A program made the position numbers and the translations under genes. Below, one piece after another: positions 10,901-22,900 of a stretch of 53,091 nucleotides of DNA (its first letter is position 1; every line of letters starts with the position of its first letter). The DNA is taken from positions 100,853 to 153,943 of the forward strand of contig WELA01001054.1 of NCBI GenBank assembly GCA_009602735.1. Direction: 5' to 3'. The notes beneath the pieces were generated by a model. That model was not told where the DNA came from. It saw only the letters and a list, made by a program, of their open reading frames with translations, and ran no database searches. Source of the stretch: Mesotaenium endlicherianum. Taxonomy: Eukaryota.

Positions 10901-13082
10901 CAAGTCGCATGTGCGTGCGCGTGAGAGTGTCTCTGGCGTGCGCTGCCGCAGCTCGCGCTGCCCCCCCCGCGCCCCCCCCCGCCCTCTTGGCTGCCTCACT
11001 CTGCATGCCCTGCATGCACTTACACACATGCGTGTTCGTTCGCATGCTTCTCACACTCATGGGCATGCAGTCGTAAGCGGCTCTCCTCTCTCCACGTCGT
11101 GCAACTTGGAGGGCGAGGCCTTCTCGTGTGTGGTCCTAGAGAGCATGCTTCGGTCTCCTCTGCACGGATGCCACGCCCGCACACATTACCGTCATCACGA
11201 AGGGGTGGCTCAACGTCCGCCCGCACTGTGGCTGTGCACATCAATCTGACGGCTCCTCGGAACTTGGGCGGTGGCCGCTGCGCTGTGCAGCTCCGGCGGG
11301 TGAGCTCGGAGAAGATGCCGCAGCTGCCCAAGGTGCTGAGTCAGCGCGAGATGATGCTCGAGCAGATCCGCAACAAGGTGCGCTGCCATGTGTCCGCATG
11401 CGTGCGTGCGTGCGTGCATGCATGCGCAGCGTTGTCGCCCCCCCTTCCCTTTGTGCCAAAACGGGTCGTGATATAAGAAAAGGTTTTTATCGTTTTATTT
11501 TAGCGTTTGAAACAGACGTTGAATTGGACCTCTCTTGTGTCCTCTCTGAATTTGCATGCAATAGATACCTCTGTGTGTATGTGTGTGAGAGCGTGTGCGT
11601 GTGCACATTGCTTGTGCTTGTGCATGCGTGTGCGTGCGTGTGCGTGTATGTCTGTGCGTGCATGTGCATGCCCCTTTGTTGCTGGAGAAGCGTGCTTGAC
11701 CTTCGTCCAGCTGGATTGCTGCCATAGCAAGACAAGCGTCAGGCCCAAACAGCTAAGGCTCCTGGTTGTGTGACTATCGCATCCCTCCTCGCCCCCATCT
11801 GACCTGCTGCCCTGGCGCGCACATTGTTGAGCAAGCGGCCCTGTCTGACTTGTTCTTGAGAGAGGCATTTGCCGAGGGAGCGGCGCTTGTGTGTGTGTGT
11901 GTGTGTGCGTATGCGTGTGCGTGTGTGTGTCTGTGAGTGGGTGCGCGCGCGCGTGTGCACGTTATGTCTTGTGTGGCCGAGATTGTTCTCATGCTCGGCG
12001 GGGCCGAGGTGGCTGCCTGCACCCCTCTCTGTCCTGATCCATGTGGCGGTCTGTGCGTGTGGCGGGGGCAAACCGGGCGGGCGGCGGGGGCGTGCCTGTG
12101 ACGGCAATCGCAGGCGTTTGCTCTGAAGCGGACGCCGTCGGTGTCGTCGGACGAGGGCCGGCCACCTGTCCACGCCCTGGAGCCCACCGACATCAACGTG
12201 GCTGCCATTCTCGAGAAGGCCAACGCCATCCGCCAGGTAGCACATGCAGCCTCTCTCGCCCTGCCAGCTGGCGCCTTGGCTGCGCCGCCAAGGGCGTCCA
12301 CTGCCTTGCGTGTCTTGTTACCGAGGGGCTGAACGCCGGGGGCGGCTGAATGCGAGTAGCTGCTGCCAGGTGTCCAGTCCAGTCGTTGCCAGCTGGAGGC
12401 TGTCTCTGGCTCTGGAGAGAGCGTGGCTTCACAGCTTGGGGGCTGTGCAGACTGCTTCCCGCCTTGCCGGTCTGATCTCTCGGGCAAATGTAGGCCTGCA
12501 AGCTGCCAGCTGGCTCGCCTTCAGGCGCGCATAGGACTCAGGGCTGGGTGCCCGGGCTTGAGGGGCAGGCAGTGTGTGGCTGCCGTCTCTCTTGTGATCG
12601 TGGTGCTCAGTCTCATTGTTCCTTTACGCGTGAAGGAAAGCTGAAGAAAAGCTGTGCTGCCCTTGAGGGTATCAGGGAGAGCGCCACATGTAGGCAGGCA
12701 GGGGCAAGCAATGGACAGCAGGGCGTGGAGCACGTGTGCTCTCCCTCTTGGCTCCGTGGCTGCGAAGCAACCGATTGCTTGTTTAACTACTACCTGGTAC
12801 TTCTTATCACGCTCGCGAGGTCAAAGGGGGGAGTCTGAGTCTCTGCGAGTGAAAGATACTGAGCTGGAGTTGCTGGCGGGCATGCGGGCGGGCGGGCGGG
12901 CGGGCTTGCTGGAGTGTCTGGCTGCCGCTCGCTTGTGCGTGCTCGCTTACGAGATTGGTGGTGATCATGATGATGGTGACGGCGATGATGATGATGATTG
13001 TGATGGTGATGATGGTGTCGACTGGCAGGCCTTTGCCGGGAGCGACTCCGACTCCGAATCCGATTCCGAGTGGAGCGACTGA
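575..13082 (+). CDS. SCAR: SCAR/WAVE family Arp2/3 nucleation-promoting factor, giant form; 5' exons lie upstream of the window
   Basis: Phase-consistent exons: 575-698 (GVEWRASVHTEQNHFSRGDPPAFVVDAYKGCRASPQLSQLDR) and 1192-1315 (FHGGTAGACMRRYSDPSFLKREW...) give the C-terminal half of the SCAR homology domain. Then 1989-2113 (basic RKQKRQ...), a giant exon 3377-10787 (frame break at G-run 6621-6642; N gap within the polyproline; ends KELLSAIQAHDKKQ), 11291-11377 (LRRVSSEK...REMMLEQIRNK), 12114-12236 (AFALKRT...NVAAILEKANAIRQ) and 13029-13082 (AFAGSDSDSESDSEWSD*), forming the plant-type WH2-central-acidic VCA tail ending in acidic-Trp. The acceptor at 3377 was chosen by phase and is the least certain boundary. 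Confidence 0.93.
1382..1432. repeat. Short tandem (CCCTAGAC)n array, telomere-like, intronic
   Basis: cctaagacccctagacccctagacccctagaccccaaggcccctagacccc. Confidence 0.75.
5664..5804 (+). repeat. Coding hexamer repeat (GCAGGR)n encoding an Ala-Gly dipeptide run in SCAR
   Basis: gcaggagcaggg... tandem units translating as AGVGAGAGAGAGTGAG... Confidence 0.9.
10059..10635. other. Assembly gap (N run) inside the SCAR polyproline region
   Basis: N run flanked by C-tracts; the reading frame differs on either side, so the gap size is an estimate. Confidence 0.99.
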
Positions 13083-16000
13083 CTGCGACAGAGACGGGAG
13101 CCCTCTCCTTCCCGGTCCGACCTAGGTACCTCCTTCTCTTGCCACCTGTAGTCGTGCGGCTTCCTCCTCCTAGTGCACGCGCCTTAGGAGGCCAGTCGTG
13201 GAGTGGCCATGAACGATTGCTTCCCTTTCCTGTGTGGTGTGGCGTCACATGTGTGGTGTCATATGTGTGGTGTGTTGACGACGGTAGCTGGTAAGGGGCA
13301 GCAGCCTTGCTGGGGCCCTGTGCCAGGCGGGCTACCCTTTGTCGTCTCGATTGCAACCGAGGTGTGATCTCCACGTCGTTTCCCCGTCCACGTGGAGCTT
13401 TCTGGTCTCATGCGTGAAGCATATAGCTCAAAGTCGCTCCAAAGCGGAAACGTCACGTATCTCGTGTGTGAGCATAGGACGCTGTTGCTGAGGTTCTTGG
13501 TGCAGGGGCTTCTCGCAGAGGCTGGTCAGAAAAATAAAGTGTTGGCAGGGGGAGTTGATGCTCGGCACTGAGTGAGTTGAGTGGAAGGAAGCTGACGCAC
13601 AGTGAGCAGGGGCGCGCCCGACTGTCAAACGTCACGCGGAGTGGTGGTAGAACTCTGGAGTAGCACAAGAGAAACACGTGGAGGATCAAGAGCCTCGCTC
13701 CTTCCACCCATCCCTGCCGGAGTTGGGAGAGGGGAGAGAGATAGAGCACCTGTCGGCACCTAGGCTTATGAGGCTCGTCCCTGTTTTCAGTCCTCTTATG
13801 CTTGAATAGGCATGACGTGCAGCATCGTGGGCGCCATGCCGGTCAGTTACGAACTGGATCAATGTCTGATGCTTGCCCTCTCTCTTATCGTGCAGTAACC
13901 TCATTCTGGCGCAAAAGGCAGGAGTTGGTATGACTTGTTGATGAAGGTCACAGCTGGATGGACTAAAGGTTGAGTGACCAGGAAAGAAGAACGAGGCTGA
14001 AGTGGTGGCCGTGAATCCTACGAGGCGTAAGTTATTCAGACCAGAGTCAGATAGTTGGGTAGGTTGGGGTCGAGTAAATTAGTTAGATGACTTGTGCATG
14101 GGTTTTGATGTTTCATCAGATGTTGGACTGACTCTGTAGTAAGTTAAAGATCGACGGTGCAGTTGCTGGCGTTAATTTTGTGTAGGAGTGGGAGGAGAAA
14201 GTGAGCAGTGGAGCCGAAACTTGTGAGTCGAGAGGGGCAGAGAGTTGAGATAGTAATCTCCACTTCTGCTTTTCTTACTCGTTGATCCATCTTCGGCAGC
14301 TTTAGGTTATTTGGTCAATCAAAATACTCATAGGTGCATAGACTGTGATGCAGTAGTCTTTTAAATATGAACACATTATGCAATTCTCAGAAGGATACTA
14401 GATAGTAATTGCATGTAATTCAGTCTCCACACAAATCTACCTCGTTTATGACAAATTGGTATCACCTGTACTGTCAGCAGCTTTCTGTACAGCAAGATAT
14501 GTTGAGCAGCTTCCTGGTTGATCTAACTCATCATTGGTCCAACAAATATGATAGCATTGGACTGTCTTCCAACATTCTAGAGTGACAATAAAATCTGTGA
14601 CCTTATTGAAGGCTTGCAGTGAAAAAACGATAAATTAAATTAAAGAACAGTGACACAAGCTAGCCTACTGTGAAGAGGGGACCTGAAGCCTCGCGACCTT
14701 TGGTGCTTAGCTATTTAAGGTTGTAAGGATATTGTGGGAGGTTTTTATTGCATGGTCCCAAGTTTCTTCTTGTTCACGTTCGTACTTTCTTCTCTGATTG
14801 TGCTCTGAAGCCCGAGACAAGTAAGCATATCAACATCCAGTACTGTTCTGTTGTATACAACTGTCTTGGCCCTTGTTACTTATGTGAACCACCTCAGGTA
14901 AAACACGCATGTGTCAGGAAGCAGGTTTGAAGTTCCTTCTTTTTCTGCCTGCATGCTCTCATAGTGAAGTGTTGCACACACTTGTTTACTTCCAGCATTT
15001 TATGGGGCCGGAAGTATGACCTCATGTGCTTTACCTTAAGAAGAATACCCAGGCTCAAGCTGACTCATTTCTACACCTTCTCATGTGCTTGGCACCAACT
15101 TCCCGAACATAACATTTACATAATCCAAATCCTCAAATCCACTTAGAAAAATAAGATTATCTTGCTTACCCGCTCACCACAGTCCTCATACGGTCTTCTC
15201 ATCACACTCATAACCATCAAATACAGATGGTGTTGTTCTTTATTCACGGTTGGCGAACACCCACACTTCTCAAAAGTATTGACTGAAGGCTTTCTTGGTA
15301 TCTATCTTGGAAATTAACACACACCTGTGCAACATTTTCTCCCATTATAATTTGGAGTAAAGGCTGGACTGAACATCAAGACCTTCAACACAAAAGCGTG
15401 TTCCAAGCCAGCACAGTCCCAACATACCCCACCTCAACTCAAACCCACTGTCATCCACTGTGAGAATAACCATCAATTGTGGCAGTCAAAGTCACCTGCC
15501 AGCTTCTGCCAGCTCGTCAAGTTTCCCAGTCTTTGCCGCCCAACCATTCAATCTTCGTGCAGGCTGTGAAGAACACCGCCCATCTGTGCCTTCATGATCC
15601 ACCCTCCAGATTATTTAACTCCTCGGGCAAAGTATCATATACGAAACCGCAGAATATATCAACTTCATTCATCTCCAAGAACCCAGTCATAAGCAAAACA
15701 CAGCTTGCACAATAAAATATTCGAAATACTTAATCTGGAGAACAGTTAAATCCTTCAGCATAGTTATATAGCCTCGAATCTAAGATGTAAAGACTTAGCA
15801 AAGGACGTAGCAATTGATATTTATTGCTCAAGTGCAAGCTGCTGCCAACGGGACCTTTCCATCCCCAATACATGTTTTCAATTCCAACAGGTTCTGGCCA
15901 AATAAGACTACTTAAACTGTGTAAGTTTGGCTATACTATTTCATCTTCCACATATCTGTCTACATATCTATTGATATACTGGTCAACTTGAAAAGATACC

Positions 16001-16351
16001 AGGGCTCAATGTGCATAAGCTACCAAAAAAGTATCTACAAAAAAGATTGCTGAGCGTCGTACAGAGAGGTTCAGCAATCTAGTCAGTAGTCAGTCTGCGG
16101 GAGTTAGCTAAGCCGAGTATGTCATTCAATCTACATGTCTAATCTGCTCTAAAAAGTGACTATACGACAACAGAGGGCAGGAGACCAAAGAACACACATT
16201 TAACTGTGCGCCCACCCGCAGTTTTGAAGATATGACTTATCTATCTACAAAGAATGGAGCATGATTTCACTGTACATACCATGCTAAAGAATATCTGTAT
16301 GAGGCTTGTACGTCTGCAAGAGCCTCCACAAATACATGTAACTCTTCAGGA

Positions 16352-16882
16352 CTACGACTCGGCCAGTCTAGATGCGATGCCTGAGTGATACATGGTATCA
16401 TGCCATGTCTCAGATCCACGAAGCTTTTCCCGAAGGATACGGGCCTTTTCAGCTGTGAACCTGACAGCCCTCCAATCTTCATTTCTGATCGCTTCCTCGG
16501 AAACGTCAGTAGAAGCAGATACAGCCCTGACCGCCACATGTCTCGCAGATTTCCTCTGCTCCTTAGGGGATGTGCATTCTTGAAGAGAAGACTTTGTGTT
16601 GACAGTCAGAGAGTCACTCAGTCCAAATAAGCTTCTCCAGAACTCGTCGGAACCACGTTTAGGAGCGTCAACTGCTGGAAGAGAACCTTTAGGAAGTCTC
16701 TTTAACAAAGTAGGGAGCTGGACGTTATCCTTTCTCAATTGTAGCCCAGCCTTAACTGCACTGCGATTGACCTGGTGTACGTTATGCGTCTGGCTACTAG
16801 CACCAGACATGAGACACACCTGCTCCAGGTGATTTTGACTGATAATGCTGAGTCCAGAAAAGGAAGAGACCAAGCTAGTCAT
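16352..16882 (-). CDS. Intronless 176-aa protein of unknown function with a plant-type C-terminal motif (FTxEKARxLR...HDxMYHSxIASRLA)
   Basis: ATG-initiated ORF in AT-richer DNA, where long ORFs are rare. It ends RFTAEKARILREKLRGSETWHDTMYHSGIASRLAES*, resembling a C-terminal motif I recall from small uncharacterised land-plant proteins (not database-checked). Confidence 0.75.
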   Translation of the reverse strand: MTSLVSSFSGLSIISQNHLEQVCLMSGASSQTHNVHQVNRSAVKAGLQLRKDNVQLPTLLKRLPKGSLPAVDAPKRGSDEFWRSLFGLSDSLTVNTKSSLQECTSPKEQRKSARHVAVRAVSASTDVSEEAIRNEDWRAVRFTAEKARILREKLRGSETWHDTMYHSGIASRLAES

Positions 16883-19119
16883 TTTGACTCAGTGAATGAA
16901 GTTGAGGAGCAGATCCACTATTACTGCGAAATGAGGCTTTAGTGAAAGGGGCAGAAGTCTTCAGGAGCGAGGTGGTGAGAAATTTGCCGTATGTGGTAAA
17001 TGGGTGATAGACGAATGATTTGAAGAGAATGTCCATGGGCATTATATACGTAGGATGAATGTTCAAGAGGTATGGTTCGGCATGTTGTAATGCAGGGGAG
17101 AAAACAGAGGATGCTTCGCCCATGCGGGCTCGGGCCAAATCGTGTGATTACCGCCTTCCATCTCCCCGCTCGCCCCCGTTACCGAAGTCCGGCGCAGATC
17201 TGGGTTCCCCTTTTGGTCGTCCCCTTTGCTGATACACATGCTGAAACATGCAAAAACAACGACGGAAGAGTTCAAAATCCGTCTCTTGGGGGGGGTTGAC
17301 TAGGAATTATTGACCGGCATAACTTGGCGCGCCTCTAGTCGATCGTTGCTACTGGTTCCTGCTGGTTGTCACCAACTTTACCGTCATATTGCGCTTGACG
17401 TGGCTGAGGAGGGGGTCCAACGTTCAGAACGTGAAAGACAACCAATGACAACGCGTTTACCAGATAATCTCACGATTTTTGAACGACGATCGAGCGTTCC
17501 GAATGTACCAGTTGACGAGCGACGCGTATTACCAACTTTCCTCGAAACCAAGTGCGCTCCGGGCAGTTTCGGGTGGTATCTTTCGGGCCGTCCGCAGTGA
17601 TTCACACGAGTCTAACAATCAGTTATATTTCGAATACCCGCATGAAAAGGGCAAGTTTAGCTGTTTTCCTTAAGCGACTGTTGCCTCCAGTTAATTGCCT
17701 CCAGTCGCGGGCCAGTGCTAATTTGCATGGTGAGTGGTTGCCGAAAACGACCTCGTCTACTATCGCCAGCAGCTTCGCTTACATCCGTTGAACTTGACAG
17801 CGTCGTTAAAGGATATTCTGGGCCAGTCAAGAGAAGTCAGGATACAAAATACATGACCATTTCAAGCCACTTCAAGCGGAAGTGCTCATTGAAGTGCGCT
17901 TTATTACTCGTTCTTGCTTCTTGACCGCTCGACAGTCATCCAGCTGTGGTGTGCGACGTGATGCGAGAGCTGCAAAGATGTTCAGGCCAGGGCTGTGCAG
18001 GGCAGTGCAGGAAATTCAACGCTGCCTTCTGCAAGCATCACGGTCAGCCACGGTGGCTATAGGTGCGTGAAGACCTGCGCTGAGCTGAAAATTTGACTAT
18101 TTGACACAATTTGAAAGTTGGAACTGGAAGCCCCGGGGCCCGGACCTGCATGCCGCGAGTCCAAACTCCAGTCCTAGACCCAGCCCAGACCCTCCTTTTC
18201 TGCCTTCCTGTAAACATTGGCTTTTCGTTAAAGGCAGCACTTTCACCATCTTCTACTGTCGTCTACGCTTATCCACGTCTTTCATCTCCTCATCCCTGTC
18301 ATAGCCACGTCTCAAGCATCACTTTTTCATCATGGGTGTACGTGCGAAAATGCTCGACATCGTTAAAGCCCACAATGCTCTGCGTCATTCGAAGAAATCT
18401 AGCAAATCTAAAGTGCACTCTCACGTGGAAGCTGAAGAATAATCACGTGAAGTTGAGTCCATTGACCAAGAATCGCGTCTCTTGTCAAGAATCAACACAA
18501 CAGCAGCTGAAAGTCGGGGGCCGGGGCCAGGACCGGACAGGGAATTCACTGGAATCGGCTAGAGCCAGGTGTTTTGAACACAGGACAACAACGAGCCTAC
18601 AGGTCTCAGACTTCGAATTACGAAAGTTACGGCGGAAACCGGGCCTTGACTTCAAATCAAGTCAAGCCCAACGAAAGTCGTACCGCTAGCTGATTACAAT
18701 TTGTTCAAAGCGATCAATAGGACAACCGCGTTCGCGAACTTCTCTTGCCGTCTGTTTTCGTCGCATCTTCTCGAACATGTTTTGAATGCGCGAGGGCCGG
18801 TACCGTTAACTACCAACCCCGACTTATGTTACCTCCAGAAGAACATGCCTGTCAAACATGTGGTACTTAAGTCGTACACACTTGTACATCGTAGTTGTAC
18901 GTTCTTCATCATATAACCACGAAGCCGGCAGGTGAAGTCGGGCCTGTTGCATGCCATGTCGGCCAGGAACTCACTTCCTACGCGGTCTATGTCGGTCAAT
19001 GTTTGTACTTGGTCTTACTCATTCTGCTCCCTTTCGGCCACCGTACACGGAGTGGTTTCTACCTAGCCCTGTAGTTGCGAAGACTCTAGACCTGGAGTGC
19101 CGAAGGTGAAAGCTTTCTG

Positions 19120-19121
<2 letters not shown>

Positions 19122-19168
<47 letters not shown>

Positions 19169-19180
19169 ACATATATATAT
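19122..19180. repeat. (TA)n microsatellite
   Basis: Nearly perfect TATATA run. Confidence 0.97.
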
Positions 19181-19916
19181 ACACAGCTTAAGTAGCAACC
19201 ACTAACCTGCTGCATTGTATTCAAATTGATGTCAGCACGTGAGGCGCATGAGATAAGAGTGGTAGTATGGGAGTGCACTACCAAGGCCATAAGCATTTGA
19301 GCCTACATATGTGTGGTTAGGTTGGTTTCAAGAGCTTTAGAGGCTCTCAAGTGTGTTCTTGGGTGCATAAAATCACATGTGTTTCTCTTGTGCTCACTGA
19401 CACTGCTTCAAACAACAACTTTTTATGATAGGATTCAAGATTTTTACGTATATTCCAAAGGCTACATCCGCTACGAGTCACCATATCAAACCTGGCATCA
19501 GGTACAATCTGATCAATGGCACATCGTGGATCAGAATGGGTCTTCAGCGTTTAAGTGTATCCTGATGAGGTTGCATTTGGTCAAGCATGAATGTCGCCCA
19601 TGAATTTGAAATTGACTCAGTGTTAAAAATAGGCATTTTCACACACTAAATTGTACGCTTGTCCCACACGGCAAGATTAACATCCGAAGTAAGCAAGTCC
19701 ATGTACATGGCTTAAGATATGCTTTTGCTCATACCCATTACCATACTGCACTACTTCACTTGTTTATGGTCGTAAAACACAACCATCTACAACTTCAATT
19801 GGCAGAAAGAACAACAAAGCTTTGGGTACTTATCACAGGGTATCAATTGCACCGCAAATTAAATATCATGCGTAAAACATATCTCTAGCACAAATGAGAT
19901 GAATCAACATTGACTC

Positions 19917-22900
19917 CTACTCGTCATCCGAATTGTCAAACTTGATGGAGTGGCTTTGAAGGTCTATGGGGCCGCCCTTATAGCTGCCGCGCTTTTTCTT
20001 TGTCTTCTCATGGCGGAAGTCCCTGCACAGAGCCGCAGACAAAATTGCCACATACTTGGATATTAATTAATTTGAAAAAAAGAGGTGGGAAAAAAGGAGG
20101 GAGAGGTCATTACGCCGCCTCTTAAGCACCCCCCCCTCCCCCTCCCCCTCTACCTCCCAGCACATCTCGAGGCAATAAAGTGCGCGGGTGCACAAGGAAG
20201 AGCCTCGCCCACTTCTTTCTGGCAGGGTGAGTGCACACATTTTCCATAGGGTCGCCAACAAGTTAGAACCTATTTTCAGGGTACCATGCTGCCCTGGCAG
20301 GGTCACACCCACACCACATTAGCAGCAGCAGCAGCGGCAGCAGTATCAGCAGCAGCATGACATCTCCAGCAAAGTCAAACGCCTGTTGAAACCTGCCCTG
20401 CCCGCCCGCCCGCCCGCTTGCCTGCTCAGAGCTCTACGGCTCTCAGGAGCTTGCCACCTGTACCGTAGTTTGCTCTACATCAATGTGAAGACCCCCGGGG
20501 GGCGAAGCGTGGTGCGTGGCGGCTAAGTAGCGCAGCGCAGGGTGCATGGCTAGTGTTGGGGTTTAGGGGAAAGAGTCAGGGCCTTGAGCTACTGCTGGCG
20601 ATCTGGGCATCGGGCGGCAAGAGCTTCAGCTTGTGTTTTCGGCACTGAGGTTCACGAGTGAGGGTTGAAGCTAGGTCTAGAGCTCAGATCCTGCGTTGGC
20701 TCATAGCGACCAAGACGTTTTTCTCCCCCCCTTCTTATTAGTCTGGGACCTTGTGCGACGTGAGTACGCTCGGCTGCCGAGGCAATCCGGGAAAAAAGGT
20801 TTCTGAAAAAGAACCTCCTGATGAACGAAGGCCAGGTAGAATGCACACGCACAAGAGCGCACGCAACGCGCGCGCACGCGTGCGTGCATTTGCAGCCGAG
20901 CTTCATAGGATGGGAGAAGAAGCATGCAGAGGGGAGGTGGCCTCCATGGCACGAGCAAGGGCGGTTCTACTCTGGTCCAGCTAGCGCTGGCTCAGAAGCT
21001 GCAGTGCCTGCTCCAGAAAGAAGCAAGGCAAGAAGCGGGCGCGCTGAGGTGGCACTCACTTGCCGCGGACTTGGCCCAGCACCTCCTGCGCCTTGGCCCC
21101 ATACCCCGTGTCCGCTCCACCCTGGCGCCACGCGCACGCACACACACGAACAAACACACGCACACACACAGGCACGCACGCCCACATGCACACACGCACA
21201 CGCACACGCCCAGCGATAGGAGGAGAGACCCATGGAGGAGGCGGAGACGAGGAAAGAAGGAGCAGCGTCAGGGGGGCGGCCGCGCACGTGCATCGTACGT
21301 CCGTAGGATACTGAGGACGCCGCTGCCTACGACGATGGTGACAAGCATGACGACGACAACAACAACACTGTGGCACGCGGCGTGTCCTTGCAACAGTCCC
21401 CAACTCCGTGCCTGCCTGCAAGGCTAGCGAGCTCGTCTGCCTGCTTGTTCTCGTCTCCAACATGACAACAGAGGCAAAATGTGGAGGGTTTTCATTCAGC
21501 GTCTCGGTCTCAGGCAAGTGCGCAGACTTACACACGCGCGTGTATACGTGCAACCCTGCGAGTGCGCGAGCGGGCGTGTCTGGGGAGGCTGCCGTTGGGA
21601 GAGAGCACGGAGGGAGGGGCAGGCGCATGCCGCTTTTGCTTTGTCTGTCTGGCAGAGGGGGTGATAAGGATCAAGCATCAAGCACTGAGATAAGGAGCAG
21701 AGCCTCATAGCCTCACTGCCTCATTGTCTCAGGGCCACAGGCAGGCAGGGGAGTACAGGCAAGTGCAAGCAGGTGCAAGCCAGCCCAGGCTTCTTCCCCT
21801 TCCTCAGAGAACATGGTGGGGAGAAAGGAAGTCGCTCGAGGGGAGGAGAGGGAGGGGGGGGGGAGGGAGAGAGGGGAGAGGTGGAGGAGGGGGCCACTGG
21901 CAGGGAGGGGAGGGGGAGTACCTTGGCCCAGTAGGAGTTGTCTTTCAGCCGGGCGTCCTTGACCTGCCACTACACCCACTCATGCACGCGCACACACGCA
22001 GCGACGGCGCCACCCGGTGAGGAGAGACACACATGCGCAGCTGAGCAGGCACCCTCTGCTCTTCGTCTTCCCCAAATGGCCGATCCCACCCACCCCGACA
22101 GCGTACGTGCCAGCTGGCCCCCTCGGGTGTGGCCTCTAAGTTTCAGCCCTCCCAGCCACTGAGTCTCTCCCCTCCCCCCCCTCCCCCTCGGGGGGGGGAG
22201 TCTAAGCATGCAAGGGCGATGCTTCATCCTCACCAAGTATGGATTGATCACCAGGGGTAACAATACTACTTACTATCATCCTCAACGCATCACCACCACC
22301 ACCACCACCACCACCACCATCATCATCACCGTCATCACGTACATCATGAACACCATCACCATCACCATCACCATCATCGTCGCACCAGCACCACCACCAC
22401 CATTGTCATCATCATCATCACCGCCATCGTCATCACCACCAACAGCATCACCAAACAACACACCCAGCGCCCATCGTCACGTCACCATCCTCATCAGCAT
22501 CATCGTCGCCCCCGCCGATGTGAGAGGCGAGCACGGGCTCTGCCATGCCACCCTCAGCCCCCTTACGCATGAGAAGGGAGGGGAGAGAAATACCTCGTCG
22601 GGGTTCACGCGCTGGAACGCGCGGGCAGCCGTGCCTCCCTGTGTTGCACACACGCACGCGCAGACACACACACACGGCTCAGGTGCTCGAATCAGAAGGC
22701 GAGACATCAGTGAGAGGAGAGAGTGAATCGGCTGCAGCAGATGCCCTTCTGAATGCCCTTCTGACTCGGGTGGGCACTAACACCCAGAGAAGGCATACTC
22801 TCCTCTGTTAGCTTCCATTGGAGGGATACAGTGCGCTCCCAATCTCACACGCATCTTGGCGGGGCACATACTCCAAAGCCAACAACTGGCACTCCCTGCA

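Noticed and set aside
13900..16300. AT-richer region examined for a gene or transposon remnant
   Set aside because: Only short interrupted ORFs; no recognisable RT, integrase or transposase motif, LTR or TIR.
18111..18689. 192-aa ORF with several CACGT cores
   Set aside because: Non-ATG start and no recognisable domain; the motifs are too short to call regulatory.
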